Assembly (NCBI GenBank): GCA_964612895.1
Contig: CAZTFL010000001.1
Span: forward strand, 265,043-329,042
Length of the DNA stretch: 64,000 nucleotides
Source: Candidatus Woesearchaeota archaeon
GTDB lineage: Archaea > Nanobdellota > Nanobdellia > Pacearchaeales > GW2011-AR1
Reading direction: 5' to 3'
Positions 9,053-18,368 of the stretch are shown here, in pieces (position 1 is the stretch's first letter; each line of letters begins with the position of its first letter). The notes below the pieces were generated by a model. The model was given only the letters and a program-made list of their open reading frames with translations. It ran no database searches and was not told where the DNA came from. The position numbers and the translations under genes are program-made.

Positions 9053-9860
9053 TATTTCAAACTTAGGCTCTTGTATTATGGAAAGTTTTTCTAATTTTCT
9101 TATTGATCTATTAAATTTACCTATAAAACCTTTATTAGAAGGAATTAGAAATTTACTTATTCAACCTGTTAATATTAATCTTTTCTTAGAAATTTGGTCT
9201 ATAATAATTTATATTTTATCTTTATTTTATGGTCTTTTATTATTATTCATTGGATTTCAATTTATTGTTTCAGGCTCATCGCCAGAGAAAAGAGAAAATA
9301 GTAAGACAAATCTTGCTAATATTGTCATAATGATGGTTCTTATTCAAGCTAGTTTTTTATTGTATGAATTAGTTCTAGAAATTGTCTCATCTCTTACACT
9401 TACAATTTTTAGTTTAATCCCTTCTGATTTCTTTTTAATGATAAATAATAACTTAATTGGTTTAGAATTACAAATAGTTTTATTGATTCCTTATATTATG
9501 ACTTTAGTATTAACATTAATTTTATTATCTTTGAGATATATTTTGGTAGGGATTGGTGTTATTTTATTAGCTATTGGAATTTTTTTATATTTCTTAGAAC
9601 CATTAAAGAATTATGGTAAATTAATATTAAATTTCTTAGGAGTTCTAATTGTCTTACCCTTCTTTTATTCAATTATTTTATTAGCATCATCTAAATTTTT
9701 AGAAGTTAATATATTTTCTAATCTAAAAATTTTAGTTATGATTGGTGGTTTTAGTCTACTAAATGTTTCCAGTCTTACTTTAATATTATTTGTTATAATC
9801 AAATCAGCTCTTGCTGTTAAAACCCCAATTAAAGAAATAAAAAGCACATTTTCTAATTAA
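9039..9860 (+). CDS. Polytopic membrane protein (VirB6/CedA-like)
   Basis: About 6-7 hydrophobic helices. The N-terminal SGSSPEKRENSKTNLANIV motif is paralogous to the pilin-like protein. It is tightly packed with the flanking genes. Confidence 0.45.
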   Translation: MSECSISNLGSCIMESFSNFLIDLLNLPIKPLLEGIRNLLIQPVNINLFLEIWSIIIYILSLFYGLLLLFIGFQFIVSGSSPEKRENSKTNLANIVIMMVLIQASFLLYELVLEIVSSLTLTIFSLIPSDFFLMINNNLIGLELQIVLLIPYIMTLVLTLILLSLRYILVGIGVILLAIGIFLYFLEPLKNYGKLILNFLGVLIVLPFFYSIILLASSKFLEVNIFSNLKILVMIGGFSLLNVSSLTLILFVIIKSALAVKTPIKEIKSTFSN

Positions 9861-9861
9861 A

Positions 9862-12771
9862 ATGTACGAAATACCTCAACAATTAGAATATAAAGAAAGA
9901 ATTATTTTTGGTCTTACCTTTTCTCAATTAATCTATGCTTTTTTATTTTCATTTATTATTCTTTTAATTTTTAAAACAAATTTAACTCTTTTTATTAAAG
10001 TTTTATTATTTTGTTTTATTGTAATAATTGCTTCGGGTTTTATGTTTTTTAATTTATCAATATATCTTAAAAATTGGTATACTTGGTATAGATCACAATA
10101 TCTTGAGGGTTTTAAACTAAAAAATGAATTAGAAATTGGAGAAATAAAAGATAATTTAATTTATCATAAAAATAAAAAAATTGCTATTTTAAATGTAGAA
10201 TCAATTAATTTTTCTATTAAATCACAAAAAGAACAAGAAGCTATAATATTATCTTTTCAAAAATTATTAAATTCTATTGATTTTCCAATTCAAATTTTAA
10301 TGACTACTGAAACTTTAGATTTAAGTGATTATTTAGATGGTTTAAAAAACAAAATGTCTAAACACGAAAGAATCTTTGAATCATATCAAAATCATATCAA
10401 AGATATTATATCTAAAAATTCTGCAATGAATCGTAATTTTTATTTAATTATTCCTGAAATATTAGATATTAATGTTCAATTAAAATTATGTGAAGAAAGG
10501 TTACATAGTTTAAATTTGAGAACTTATAGATTAAAAGATAATCAGTTAAAACAAGTCTTTTCTAAAATTTTTGATAGTAATGGAGAATTACCAAATAAAA
10601 TATTAAACAATCCTGAATATCTTAAGATTGATAATAAATATCATAAAATTATTTATGCACATGGTTATCCGAGGTCTGTAGAAAAAGGATTTTTAGATAA
10701 ATTAATAAGTTGTTCTGGTAATTTTAATTTCTCTTTACATATTAATCCTCAAACAATTGAATATACATTATTAACTTTAAATAGAGAATTACAAAAACAA
10801 AGAGCTGATTTATACTCAGCTCAAATAAAAAACCAGTTTAATCCTAGTTTAGAAATTAAATATAAAGATACTAGGTTTGTACTTGAAAATTTACAAAAAG
10901 GTTCAGAAAAATTGTTTAATCTTGGATTTTATATTGATTGTAAAGCTAATAGTTTAGGAGAATTAAAATTATTATCAAGGAAAATAGAATCTGAATTAAA
11001 TTCTTTATTAATAATTCCAAAAGATTCAAGATATAGAATGATAGCAGGATTAAAATCTTGTTTACCTTTTGGTAAAGACTTTTTAAATATTAATAGAAAT
11101 ATTACAACATCAGCATTATCAGCTTTTTTTCCTTTCACTTCTTCATTTTTTAAATTTGATAAAACTGGAATTTGGCTTGGTTTAAATAAGAATAATATTC
11201 CTTTAATTAGAGATATTTTTAAGTTATCTAATTCTAATGGAATGTGTTTAGCAAGTTCAGGTGCTGGTAAAAGTTATATGACTAAATTGTTTATTACTAG
11301 ACACTTATTGAATGGTACAAAAGTGATTGTAATAGACCCACAAGGTGAATATAAGAATTTAATTAATAAATTTCAAGGACAAAGAATTGATCTTTCAAGA
11401 GAATCTAAAACAATAATAAATCCTTTAGACTTAATGGGCCATGATTATACTGAAAAAAGATTAGCTTTAGTTGATTTAATGCCTGTAATGTTAGGACAAT
11501 TAACAGAACCACAAAAATCTTTTATTGATCAAGCCTTAACAGAAGCTTACGAAAAAAAAGGAATTTATATGAATGATAATAAAAGTTGGAATAATGAACC
11601 TCCGATTTTAGGCGATGTATTAAATGTTTTAGAAAGAATGGAGAAAAAGGCCAGTAGTCTAGAGAAAAACACCTTACGAAGCCTTACAAACCGTTTAAAA
11701 TTATATGTTACAGGGGTATTCTCTTTTCTAAATAAGCATACAAATATTAATTTTAATAATGATTTTGTTTGTTTTGATATTGGTAATATGCCTAAACAAG
11801 TTAAACCAACTATAATGTTTCTTGTTTTAGATTATGTTTATATGAAAATGAAAAAAGACATTCAAAGAAAATTGTTGGTTATTGATGAATCTTGGTCTTT
11901 ATTATCTAGAACTGAAGAGTCTTCTTATATTTTTGAAATTGTTAAAACTTGTCGTAAGTTTAACATGGGTTTATTTTTAATTAATCAAGAAGTAGAAGGA
12001 ATGTTAAATTCTGAGGCTGGTAGATCTGCTCTTGCTAATTCTTCTTATACTATTTTGTTAAGACAAAAACCAGCAGTAATCGAGAGTATACAAAGAATTT
12101 TTAATTTGAGTAATGTTGAAAGAGTAACCCTTTTAACTGCTGGAATTGGAGAAGGTATACTTCTAATAGAAGATGAACATTCTGAGATTAAAATTGTTGC
12201 ATCAAGTGAAGAACATAAACAAATAACTACAAATGCTGATGAATTATTAGAAGAAAAAATCACTGAAGAAATAATAGTTTCAAGAGATATTAATATTAAT
12301 GTTGATTGTGATGTTTTAGTTCATAAGAAGAGTAAGTTATCTATTGAAGAACAAGAATATCTTATTAAAAAAGGATTTAAAGAAGAATTATTAAAGAGTA
12401 TTTCTTGTGAAACAAAAGAAAGATTCTTTGTTAAACCTAGATTTAATGAGAGTATTAATCATTTATTTGCAATATATGATATTAAAGATTATTTAGAAGA
12501 AAAAGGAATTAAAGTTGAAATCTTTGCAACTAAAAAACCTGATATTGTTTTTGAATTTAAAGGTAAAAAGCATGCAATAGAAGTTGAAACTGGTTCAATG
12601 TTAAAAGTAAAAAAAGTTTTTAATGAAAAAGTAGATAATCTTAACAAAAATTATGATAAATGGTTCTTTGTAGTGACTAATTGGAACAAAATCCCGAAAT
12701 ATAAAAATTATGGAAAAACATGGGATTATCGTTTTGTTCGAGGACAATTAGACAAACTTTTAAAAAATTAA
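9862..12771 (+). CDS. VirB4/TrbE/CedB-like conjugation-type ATPase with N-terminal TM segments and a C-terminal Hjc/restriction-endonuclease-like PD-(D/E)xK domain
   Basis: Walker A: GMCLASSGAGKSYMTKL. VirB4-type Walker B: KLLVIDESWSLL. N-terminal hydrophobic helices. The C-terminal stretch resembles the Hjc core. Confidence 0.65.
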   Translation: MYEIPQQLEYKERIIFGLTFSQLIYAFLFSFIILLIFKTNLTLFIKVLLFCFIVIIASGFMFFNLSIYLKNWYTWYRSQYLEGFKLKNELEIGEIKDNLIYHKNKKIAILNVESINFSIKSQKEQEAIILSFQKLLNSIDFPIQILMTTETLDLSDYLDGLKNKMSKHERIFESYQNHIKDIISKNSAMNRNFYLIIPEILDINVQLKLCEERLHSLNLRTYRLKDNQLKQVFSKIFDSNGELPNKILNNPEYLKIDNKYHKIIYAHGYPRSVEKGFLDKLISCSGNFNFSLHINPQTIEYTLLTLNRELQKQRADLYSAQIKNQFNPSLEIKYKDTRFVLENLQKGSEKLFNLGFYIDCKANSLGELKLLSRKIESELNSLLIIPKDSRYRMIAGLKSCLPFGKDFLNINRNITTSALSAFFPFTSSFFKFDKTGIWLGLNKNNIPLIRDIFKLSNSNGMCLASSGAGKSYMTKLFITRHLLNGTKVIVIDPQGEYKNLINKFQGQRIDLSRESKTIINPLDLMGHDYTEKRLALVDLMPVMLGQLTEPQKSFIDQALTEAYEKKGIYMNDNKSWNNEPPILGDVLNVLERMEKKASSLEKNTLRSLTNRLKLYVTGVFSFLNKHTNINFNNDFVCFDIGNMPKQVKPTIMFLVLDYVYMKMKKDIQRKLLVIDESWSLLSRTEESSYIFEIVKTCRKFNMGLFLINQEVEGMLNSEAGRSALANSSYTILLRQKPAVIESIQRIFNLSNVERVTLLTAGIGEGILLIEDEHSEIKIVASSEEHKQITTNADELLEEKITEEIIVSRDININVDCDVLVHKKSKLSIEEQEYLIKKGFKEELLKSISCETKERFFVKPRFNESINHLFAIYDIKDYLEEKGIKVEIFATKKPDIVFEFKGKKHAIEVETGSMLKVKKVFNEKVDNLNKNYDKWFFVVTNWNKIPKYKNYGKTWDYRFVRGQLDKLLKN

Positions 12772-12817
12772 CTTAGTCACTCTATATAATAAACTATTAT
12801 TATCATGGTGACGATTA

Positions 12818-13285
12818 TTAATAATTAGTTTTATCCTTTTTTTGTTCCCAAATTTTAAATGGAATTAAAGCATCTTCTCTATCTAACCACTTAATCTTAA
12901 CTTGTTTCTTATTAGCCTTTCCACTTAAAACATCATAAATAAATTTATCATCAAAACCAATTTTTTCAGCATCTTTTCTAGTACATCCATAGTATACTTT
13001 TTTCATTTTAGCCCAATGAATTGCAGAAAAGCACATTGGACAAGACTCACCAGAAGAATAAATTTCACAATCAGATAAATCAAATCTACCTAATTTTTTA
13101 CAAGCTTTTTTAATTGCAATCATCTCAGCATGATTTGTAGGATCATTTGTCTTTATAACCCTATTATGAGCTTTTGAGATTACTTTTCCATCTTTAACAA
13201 TAACTGCACCAAAAGGTCCACCATCTTTTTTTTGAATTCCTTTCTTAGCTTCTTCTATTGCTAATTGCATAAATTTATTTTTCAT
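12818..13285 (-). CDS. Zinc-dependent cytidine/deoxycytidylate-family deaminase (TadA/GuaD-like)
   Basis: HAEMIAI and SCPMCFSAI match the H(A/C)E ... PCxxC zinc-binding signature. The protein is 155 aa. Confidence 0.7.
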   Translation of the reverse strand: MKNKFMQLAIEEAKKGIQKKDGGPFGAVIVKDGKVISKAHNRVIKTNDPTNHAEMIAIKKACKKLGRFDLSDCEIYSSGESCPMCFSAIHWAKMKKVYYGCTRKDAEKIGFDDKFIYDVLSGKANKKQVKIKWLDREDALIPFKIWEQKKDKTNY

Positions 13286-13286
13286 T

Positions 13287-14225
13287 TTAACTCACCATAT
13301 TATCAACTTCAATTTTATGATTTTCCAAAATTGCTTTACCCAATGTTTGTTCAATCTTTTCATTGATTTCTTTTAATTCTTCTCTATTTTTTACTAAAAA
13401 AGCATAATATAAATTAACATAACCTACAGCTTTTATACAAATAATAAATCTTGGGTCTTGTTCAATAAGTTTCATAAAATTTTCTAATTCTTTTACATAA
13501 GAAGGATCTATTCTAGATATATAAGTATATTCTGTAAATCCTACTTTTTTCAAATCAATGATTGGGTAACATCTCTCAATAATATCTCTTTTTTTAAGAG
13601 AGTTTATTCTCCTCATAATTGAACTAGCAGTTGTATTTAATTTATTTGCTAATTCAACTGTAGAAAGTTTAGAATTATTTTTTAATAATTTTATTAAATT
13701 TAAATCTTCTTTTTTTAATTCAACACTTTCGGGACTACCTTTAATATCAACTTTTGCTTTTTTCTTAGGATTTAAGATTCTAGCAAAATAAGTTTTTGAG
13801 TTAACACTTTGAAAAGATAAATAATTTTTTATTTTATCTTTAAAATTAATTAATATTTTTGTTTGTATTTCGTCATATCTTTCAATTGTTTTAGTCCATA
13901 CAGAAATATAAAGTTTCCATTGGCTTACTTCATGAAGCATATAACAACAACTAACTTCTTCAATAGATGTTATTTTTTTCAAATATTTATTAACATCAAT
14001 AAAAGAAACTCCTTGTATGTCTAAATAAATAGAATGTCTACTAAAACCTAATTTTGGATAATTAATATTAACTGTACATTTTTTAATAATTTTTCTTTCT
14101 TCCATCTTTTTGATACGATAATTAACTGTTTGTTGTGGAAGTTGTACTGATTTTGATATCTTAGAAATGGGTTGACGGCAGTCTTGTAATAATTCAAATA
14201 AAATTAATTTGTCTTTTTCATCCAT
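13287..14225 (-). CDS. Lrp/AsnC-family transcriptional regulator with two tandem HTH+RAM modules
   Basis: There are two AsnC-type HTH segments. One is ISKISKSVQLPQQTVNYRIKKMEERKII and the other is LSTVELANKLNTTASSIMRRINSLKKRDII. The gene abuts the deaminase gene with a 1-nt gap. Confidence 0.65.
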   Translation of the reverse strand: MDEKDKLILFELLQDCRQPISKISKSVQLPQQTVNYRIKKMEERKIIKKCTVNINYPKLGFSRHSIYLDIQGVSFIDVNKYLKKITSIEEVSCCYMLHEVSQWKLYISVWTKTIERYDEIQTKILINFKDKIKNYLSFQSVNSKTYFARILNPKKKAKVDIKGSPESVELKKEDLNLIKLLKNNSKLSTVELANKLNTTASSIMRRINSLKKRDIIERCYPIIDLKKVGFTEYTYISRIDPSYVKELENFMKLIEQDPRFIICIKAVGYVNLYYAFLVKNREELKEINEKIEQTLGKAILENHKIEVDNMVS

Positions 14226-14359
14226 TTTTCTTATATATTAGTAGATTTTGCACTTTTTAAAATTTATTTGTATTTTTGAACAAGATTTTATTACAAGAGT
14301 TTTAATAAAAAGATGAATTAACTATTATATCCTAAGGGAAAAAGTGGTTAAAACTAAAA

Positions 14360-14617
14360 ATGCAAAGACCACTAATACCACGAACAAGAATAGATAGTGA
14401 AGGAAAAATATATTACTCTGAGAGCTTTCAAGCATGGAATACATTAAAATTAAAGAAAGAGTTATTTTCTGAATTTCCCCAATTAAAAGAAAAGAGATCT
14501 AAATTCTCATATAAATTAAATTATTTCAGAAAAATTGAAGAATTACAACTACAACTAAAAGAAATTATTAAAGAAAATGGGATTCCTTTATTACTCTGGT
14601 TTTATAAAGATGAATAA
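14360..14617 (+). CDS. Hypothetical small protein
   Basis: 85-aa ORF in an intergenic gap with no recognisable motifs. Confidence 0.25.
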   Translation: MQRPLIPRTRIDSEGKIYYSESFQAWNTLKLKKELFSEFPQLKEKRSKFSYKLNYFRKIEELQLQLKEIIKENGIPLLLWFYKDE

Positions 14618-14619
14618 AA

Positions 14620-15522
14620 TTAGCTAAATCTTGTTTTTATTGAATTCACAACGGCATCGATTTGCTCTTGATTAAGGAAGTCTGGTTGTAAATCTCTGAT
14701 AAAATCATGAGTTATCCAATTAGCACCATAACACTCTCTTGAATATTCTTTCATTAAATTAAATCTCCAACATTCTTTTTCTGCTCCTAAAACATGCCCC
14801 AATTCATGAGCTAAAACCCAACCAGACATTGAATTATTTAATGTAACTATTGCAAGATTACCCTTACCACATATATGTGCCATCCCTTTTGTTGAACCAT
14901 TAAATTCTAATAGAATTAATTTTATTGTTTTCTCATCTTGATAATTAGTAAGATTAAACAATTCTTCGATGATTGTGCAATTCTGGGTAAAAATTAATTT
15001 AGTATAATTTTCTTCTAATGTTCGATTTATCTTTATTGGATCTAAAATTGAAAAAGTAATATTATACCAAGAATAAATTTCTTGGGCTTTTGAAAAATTC
15101 TCGTTAGGATAAAGATAAAACTGATTTTCAAATAAATATGGTTGAATATTAAAACTCAGGGGTTCATTGTTTAAGCCTTGCTTTTCTAATGGGAAATAAA
15201 AACTCAAAAGAAAAATAAAAAATAACATAAGCATAATTACAATGTAAAGCAGAATATATTTTATTACATCTAGTCTATATTGATGTTTTTTATCAACAAG
15301 ATTATAAAATTTTTTTATCTTTCTAGTTGAATAAATCAATACTCCCAGATAAAGTAAAGGGATTGTAAGAAATACCAAAATTGAGGTTAATCCTTGAAAG
15401 AATGGAGCTATTGCGAAAGTAAATGTCCATATTGAAGCTAGAGTTACAATTAATGTAAAGATCATCATAATTATGTAAGCTAATAAAATTTTTACGGGGG
15501 GATATTTTTGGTAGAATTGCAT
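14620..15522 (-). CDS. Membrane-anchored zinc metallopeptidase (HExxH, metzincin/archaemetzincin-like)
   Basis: N-terminal multi-TM region. C-terminal catalytic motif is AHELGHVLGAEKEC, i.e. HExxHxxG with a nearby Cys. Confidence 0.5.
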   Translation of the reverse strand: MQFYQKYPPVKILLAYIIMMIFTLIVTLASIWTFTFAIAPFFQGLTSILVFLTIPLLYLGVLIYSTRKIKKFYNLVDKKHQYRLDVIKYILLYIVIMLMLFFIFLLSFYFPLEKQGLNNEPLSFNIQPYLFENQFYLYPNENFSKAQEIYSWYNITFSILDPIKINRTLEENYTKLIFTQNCTIIEELFNLTNYQDEKTIKLILLEFNGSTKGMAHICGKGNLAIVTLNNSMSGWVLAHELGHVLGAEKECWRFNLMKEYSRECYGANWITHDFIRDLQPDFLNQEQIDAVVNSIKTRFS

Positions 15523-15966
15523 TTATTTTTCTTCCTCCTTTTTTGGAAAAAATTTCTCAGGTAACATTCTTACTTGTTTAAACATTTTTGACGAATTAAT
15601 GTCTTCATAAAAATGATGTATATACCCTATTAAATTTCTATCAAAGTCAGAGAAATTATTAAGGTAGTATTCAAAAGCTGTATCAGTATCTCCTAATGTA
15701 ACAGAGAACTGTTTTCTTAGATTGAAATAACTATTAAAGATTAAATCTAAAAAACTAAAAAAGAGGTTATCTTTTATTTGTGTTGATATTTCAGTATCCA
15801 TCTTAGATTGATTAATAGTTTCGTTTGCATTACAAAAGAAATTTATAAGTGTGGAAGTAATTATTCTCTTCTTAGTATCATCTTCTTTAGAAAAATCAAT
15901 CTCAAACTTATTCTCTCCATAAATTATTTCTTCTTTGATTAAACTCTCATAACTTTCATTTACCAA
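15523..15966 (-). CDS. Hypothetical protein. The stop abuts the downstream metallopeptidase gene.
   Basis: 147 aa with no motif recognised. There is zero intergenic distance to 14620-15522, which implies co-transcription. Confidence 0.35.
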   Translation of the reverse strand: MVNESYESLIKEEIIYGENKFEIDFSKEDDTKKRIITSTLINFFCNANETINQSKMDTEISTQIKDNLFFSFLDLIFNSYFNLRKQFSVTLGDTDTAFEYYLNNFSDFDRNLIGYIHHFYEDINSSKMFKQVRMLPEKFFPKKEEEK

Positions 15967-16076
15967 TCCTATTTACTCCTTCAATATAAGCTCTTTTTTT
16001 ATCTCTAAGAGGATCATTCTCTTCAATCTTTTTAATTTGAGTAATTTCTTTCTTTTTCATAGAATTTGTATGGAGA

Positions 16077-17906
16077 TTATTTAATAACCGGATAAAAACC
16101 TATCCTTCCAGAGATATTATTTCCAGTAAAATGTATATGATTTAATTCATCCCTGTCTTTAGAAGGCTGTTTATTATCTAAGATAATCACTTGAACATTG
16201 TTTTCAATACAGAACTGGGATATAGACTCAAAAAAATCTTCTTGAATAGTTTCAGACTTAAGATCTTCGGGTTTGATTGTGTCTTTCTCTTTATAGGTTG
16301 TTAAGGGAGAATCAATAACTATAAATCGTGGGTGAGGTTTATCGTTTTTTAAACAATATCTAAGTAGCCCCAACATAAATGCAGCTAGATATATTGCCCT
16401 ATAACCCTTTCCATGATTTCTTCTTTCATCCCCATTGATAATAATATCATTTTTATTTGGATCAAATAAAACTTCTTTCACGCCTAACTTCCAAGAGTTC
16501 AGGAAATATTTGACGTCTTCAACAAAAGTATCATAGACTTCTTTTTCTAAGATTCTTTCTTCGCCCTTAACATTTCTTGTTTGTAATTTATTTTGGTAAT
16601 ATAAAATATCCTGATTTATCTTAGCAACCTCTTCTTTCAATAAGTCCAGTTGTATTGTTTGATCCTTTATCTTTAAAAAATCTTTTAATTGATTTTCATT
16701 TATTTGTTTTACGGGGGCAATACTGTTTTTTATTTTTATATTAATTTTATCAAAAGAGACTTTTATCAATTCATGGTTTTTGAGCACTTCTTCTTTTTCA
16801 TTTTTCAAATTAATTAATACTTCAGAGAGTTCTTTCTTTTTTATCAAGATTTTATCAGCTTCTTTTTGAATAGATTCCATAAAAGCATTGTCTAGTTTTG
16901 AAACATCGGCTCCGAATATTTTACCACATACGGGGCAGTTTTTATCCGCCAATTGATCAATTAATTGACCGCCTTCATTAATAAAATCTAATCGTTTAAG
17001 ATCGCTATCATAGTGTTTATCAAGTAAAATAAATTTTCTTTCAAGGTTATCTAATTGGTTTATTTTACTCCTTATAACATCAATTTCCTTCCAAATTTTT
17101 TGTCTTTTTTCCTCTTCAATAAAAAGCTCTTTCTGATTTTCGTTTAAAATAGATGTCAACTCTTCTATCTTTAAATTGATAGAATCTACCTTAATCTCTT
17201 TTAACCTATTATCTAAATTAAAAATAATCTTCTCTTTTTCGGATAATTCTTCTTTAAGCAATTCTATTTTGGAGTTTACTCTAATCTTAAATGTTTTAAT
17301 AGGTTCGATAGTTTCAAGTTCATCATCATCTCTCCCAGATAAAAGTAGTTTAAATAAAGAGGTCTCCATAGTTTTCTCAGTATACTGCCCGGTGTAAATA
17401 GGAGAACTCTCTGAAATTACCTCCTCTTCATTAACTAAGCATATTTTTCTTAAATTTCTAAAACTAATTTCTTGTTTTTCATTAGAATCATTTTTCTTAA
17501 GTTGACATCCCTTTAGATTTATTAAATTCAATAAAAAACCAGATATATTCTCTTCCCTACTACTCCCTTTTTTAGCTTTTAATTCTTTTGAAGCTATTTT
17601 ACCATATTCTTCTACTGAACCTTCAATGAATTCTATTTTAGAATCAAACAAATCTCGAATAATAGTATACTCTTTACCCTCATAGGTTACTAAATTTAAC
17701 AACATCTTTTCATATCCTGTAGATTCTTGTATTGGTTTTGGTTTAGACTGGGCTCCAAGCATAAAGTCCATACACTGAAAAATATATGACTTGCCTGTGT
17801 TAGATGGACCCGAGATTACATTTAGAGAATTGTCTAACTTTATTATGGTTGGCTCTTTGTCTTTTCCGATAACTCTTAATTCTTTAAAATAAAATCCTTT
17901 ATACAT
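16077..17906 (-). CDS. SMC/Rad50-like ABC ATPase, Lamassu LmuB / ABC-3C ATPase-like (DUF3732-like)
   Basis: N-terminal LNVISGPSNTGKSYIFQCMDFMLG matches Walker A of the SMC/RecF type. A long coiled-coil middle carries CPVCGK, which is Zn-hook-like. C-terminal PRFIVIDSPLTTYKE is Walker B-like. The protein is 609 aa. Confidence 0.55.
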   Translation of the reverse strand: MYKGFYFKELRVIGKDKEPTIIKLDNSLNVISGPSNTGKSYIFQCMDFMLGAQSKPKPIQESTGYEKMLLNLVTYEGKEYTIIRDLFDSKIEFIEGSVEEYGKIASKELKAKKGSSREENISGFLLNLINLKGCQLKKNDSNEKQEISFRNLRKICLVNEEEVISESSPIYTGQYTEKTMETSLFKLLLSGRDDDELETIEPIKTFKIRVNSKIELLKEELSEKEKIIFNLDNRLKEIKVDSINLKIEELTSILNENQKELFIEEEKRQKIWKEIDVIRSKINQLDNLERKFILLDKHYDSDLKRLDFINEGGQLIDQLADKNCPVCGKIFGADVSKLDNAFMESIQKEADKILIKKKELSEVLINLKNEKEEVLKNHELIKVSFDKINIKIKNSIAPVKQINENQLKDFLKIKDQTIQLDLLKEEVAKINQDILYYQNKLQTRNVKGEERILEKEVYDTFVEDVKYFLNSWKLGVKEVLFDPNKNDIIINGDERRNHGKGYRAIYLAAFMLGLLRYCLKNDKPHPRFIVIDSPLTTYKEKDTIKPEDLKSETIQEDFFESISQFCIENNVQVIILDNKQPSKDRDELNHIHFTGNNISGRIGFYPVIK

Positions 17907-18368
17907 TTAAATTACCTGAGAAAACTCTTCCCCCCATTTAGTTAAATTACTATTGATAAATTTAGATATTTTTATATCATTTTCTTTTCCAAAATAATCG
18001 CATATCCATTTAGCTGTTTCATCAATATTCCTCGAATAATCGCTTTCAAAATAACTAAGGAAATTCAAAGTATCTTTATTTTTAGAATAGTAAACACCAT
18101 TTGTTTTATATTTAACAGAAATTACTCCTTTTGAAAGGAGTGTCTGGATAGCTTCTTTGTAATTTTCTCTGAGAACAATTATTTCACAAGATCTATTAGG
18201 CAAATCAGGATGTAAACTACTTGGACCTCCAGAAATATCTGAAGAATGAAGCATTAAATAATTGTAATAAAGAATTCTTTGAAGATCTAAATCTTTATTG
18301 GAATGTTTTAGTAAAAATAGAAGCCTGATAGCTAATTCTACCCTTCCATTAAAAATTACTTCTTCCAT
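17907..18368 (-). CDS. Small middle component (LmuC / ABC-3C MC-like)
   Basis: 153-aa ORF sandwiched between the effector and the ATPase. It overlaps the effector by 13 nt and abuts the ATPase. The gene order matches three-component Lamassu/ABC-3C systems. Confidence 0.4.
   Translation of the reverse strand: MEEVIFNGRVELAIRLLFLLKHSNKDLDLQRILYYNYLMLHSSDISGGPSSLHPDLPNRSCEIIVLRENYKEAIQTLLSKGVISVKYKTNGVYYSKNKDTLNFLSYFESDYSRNIDETAKWICDYFGKENDIKISKFINSNLTKWGEEFSQVI

Noticed and set aside
12818-14225. Treating the deaminase and Lrp genes as island cargo with a defence role
   Set aside because: Both are ordinary housekeeping-type families with a 1-nt gap between them. There is no specific evidence for a conflict role beyond their location.
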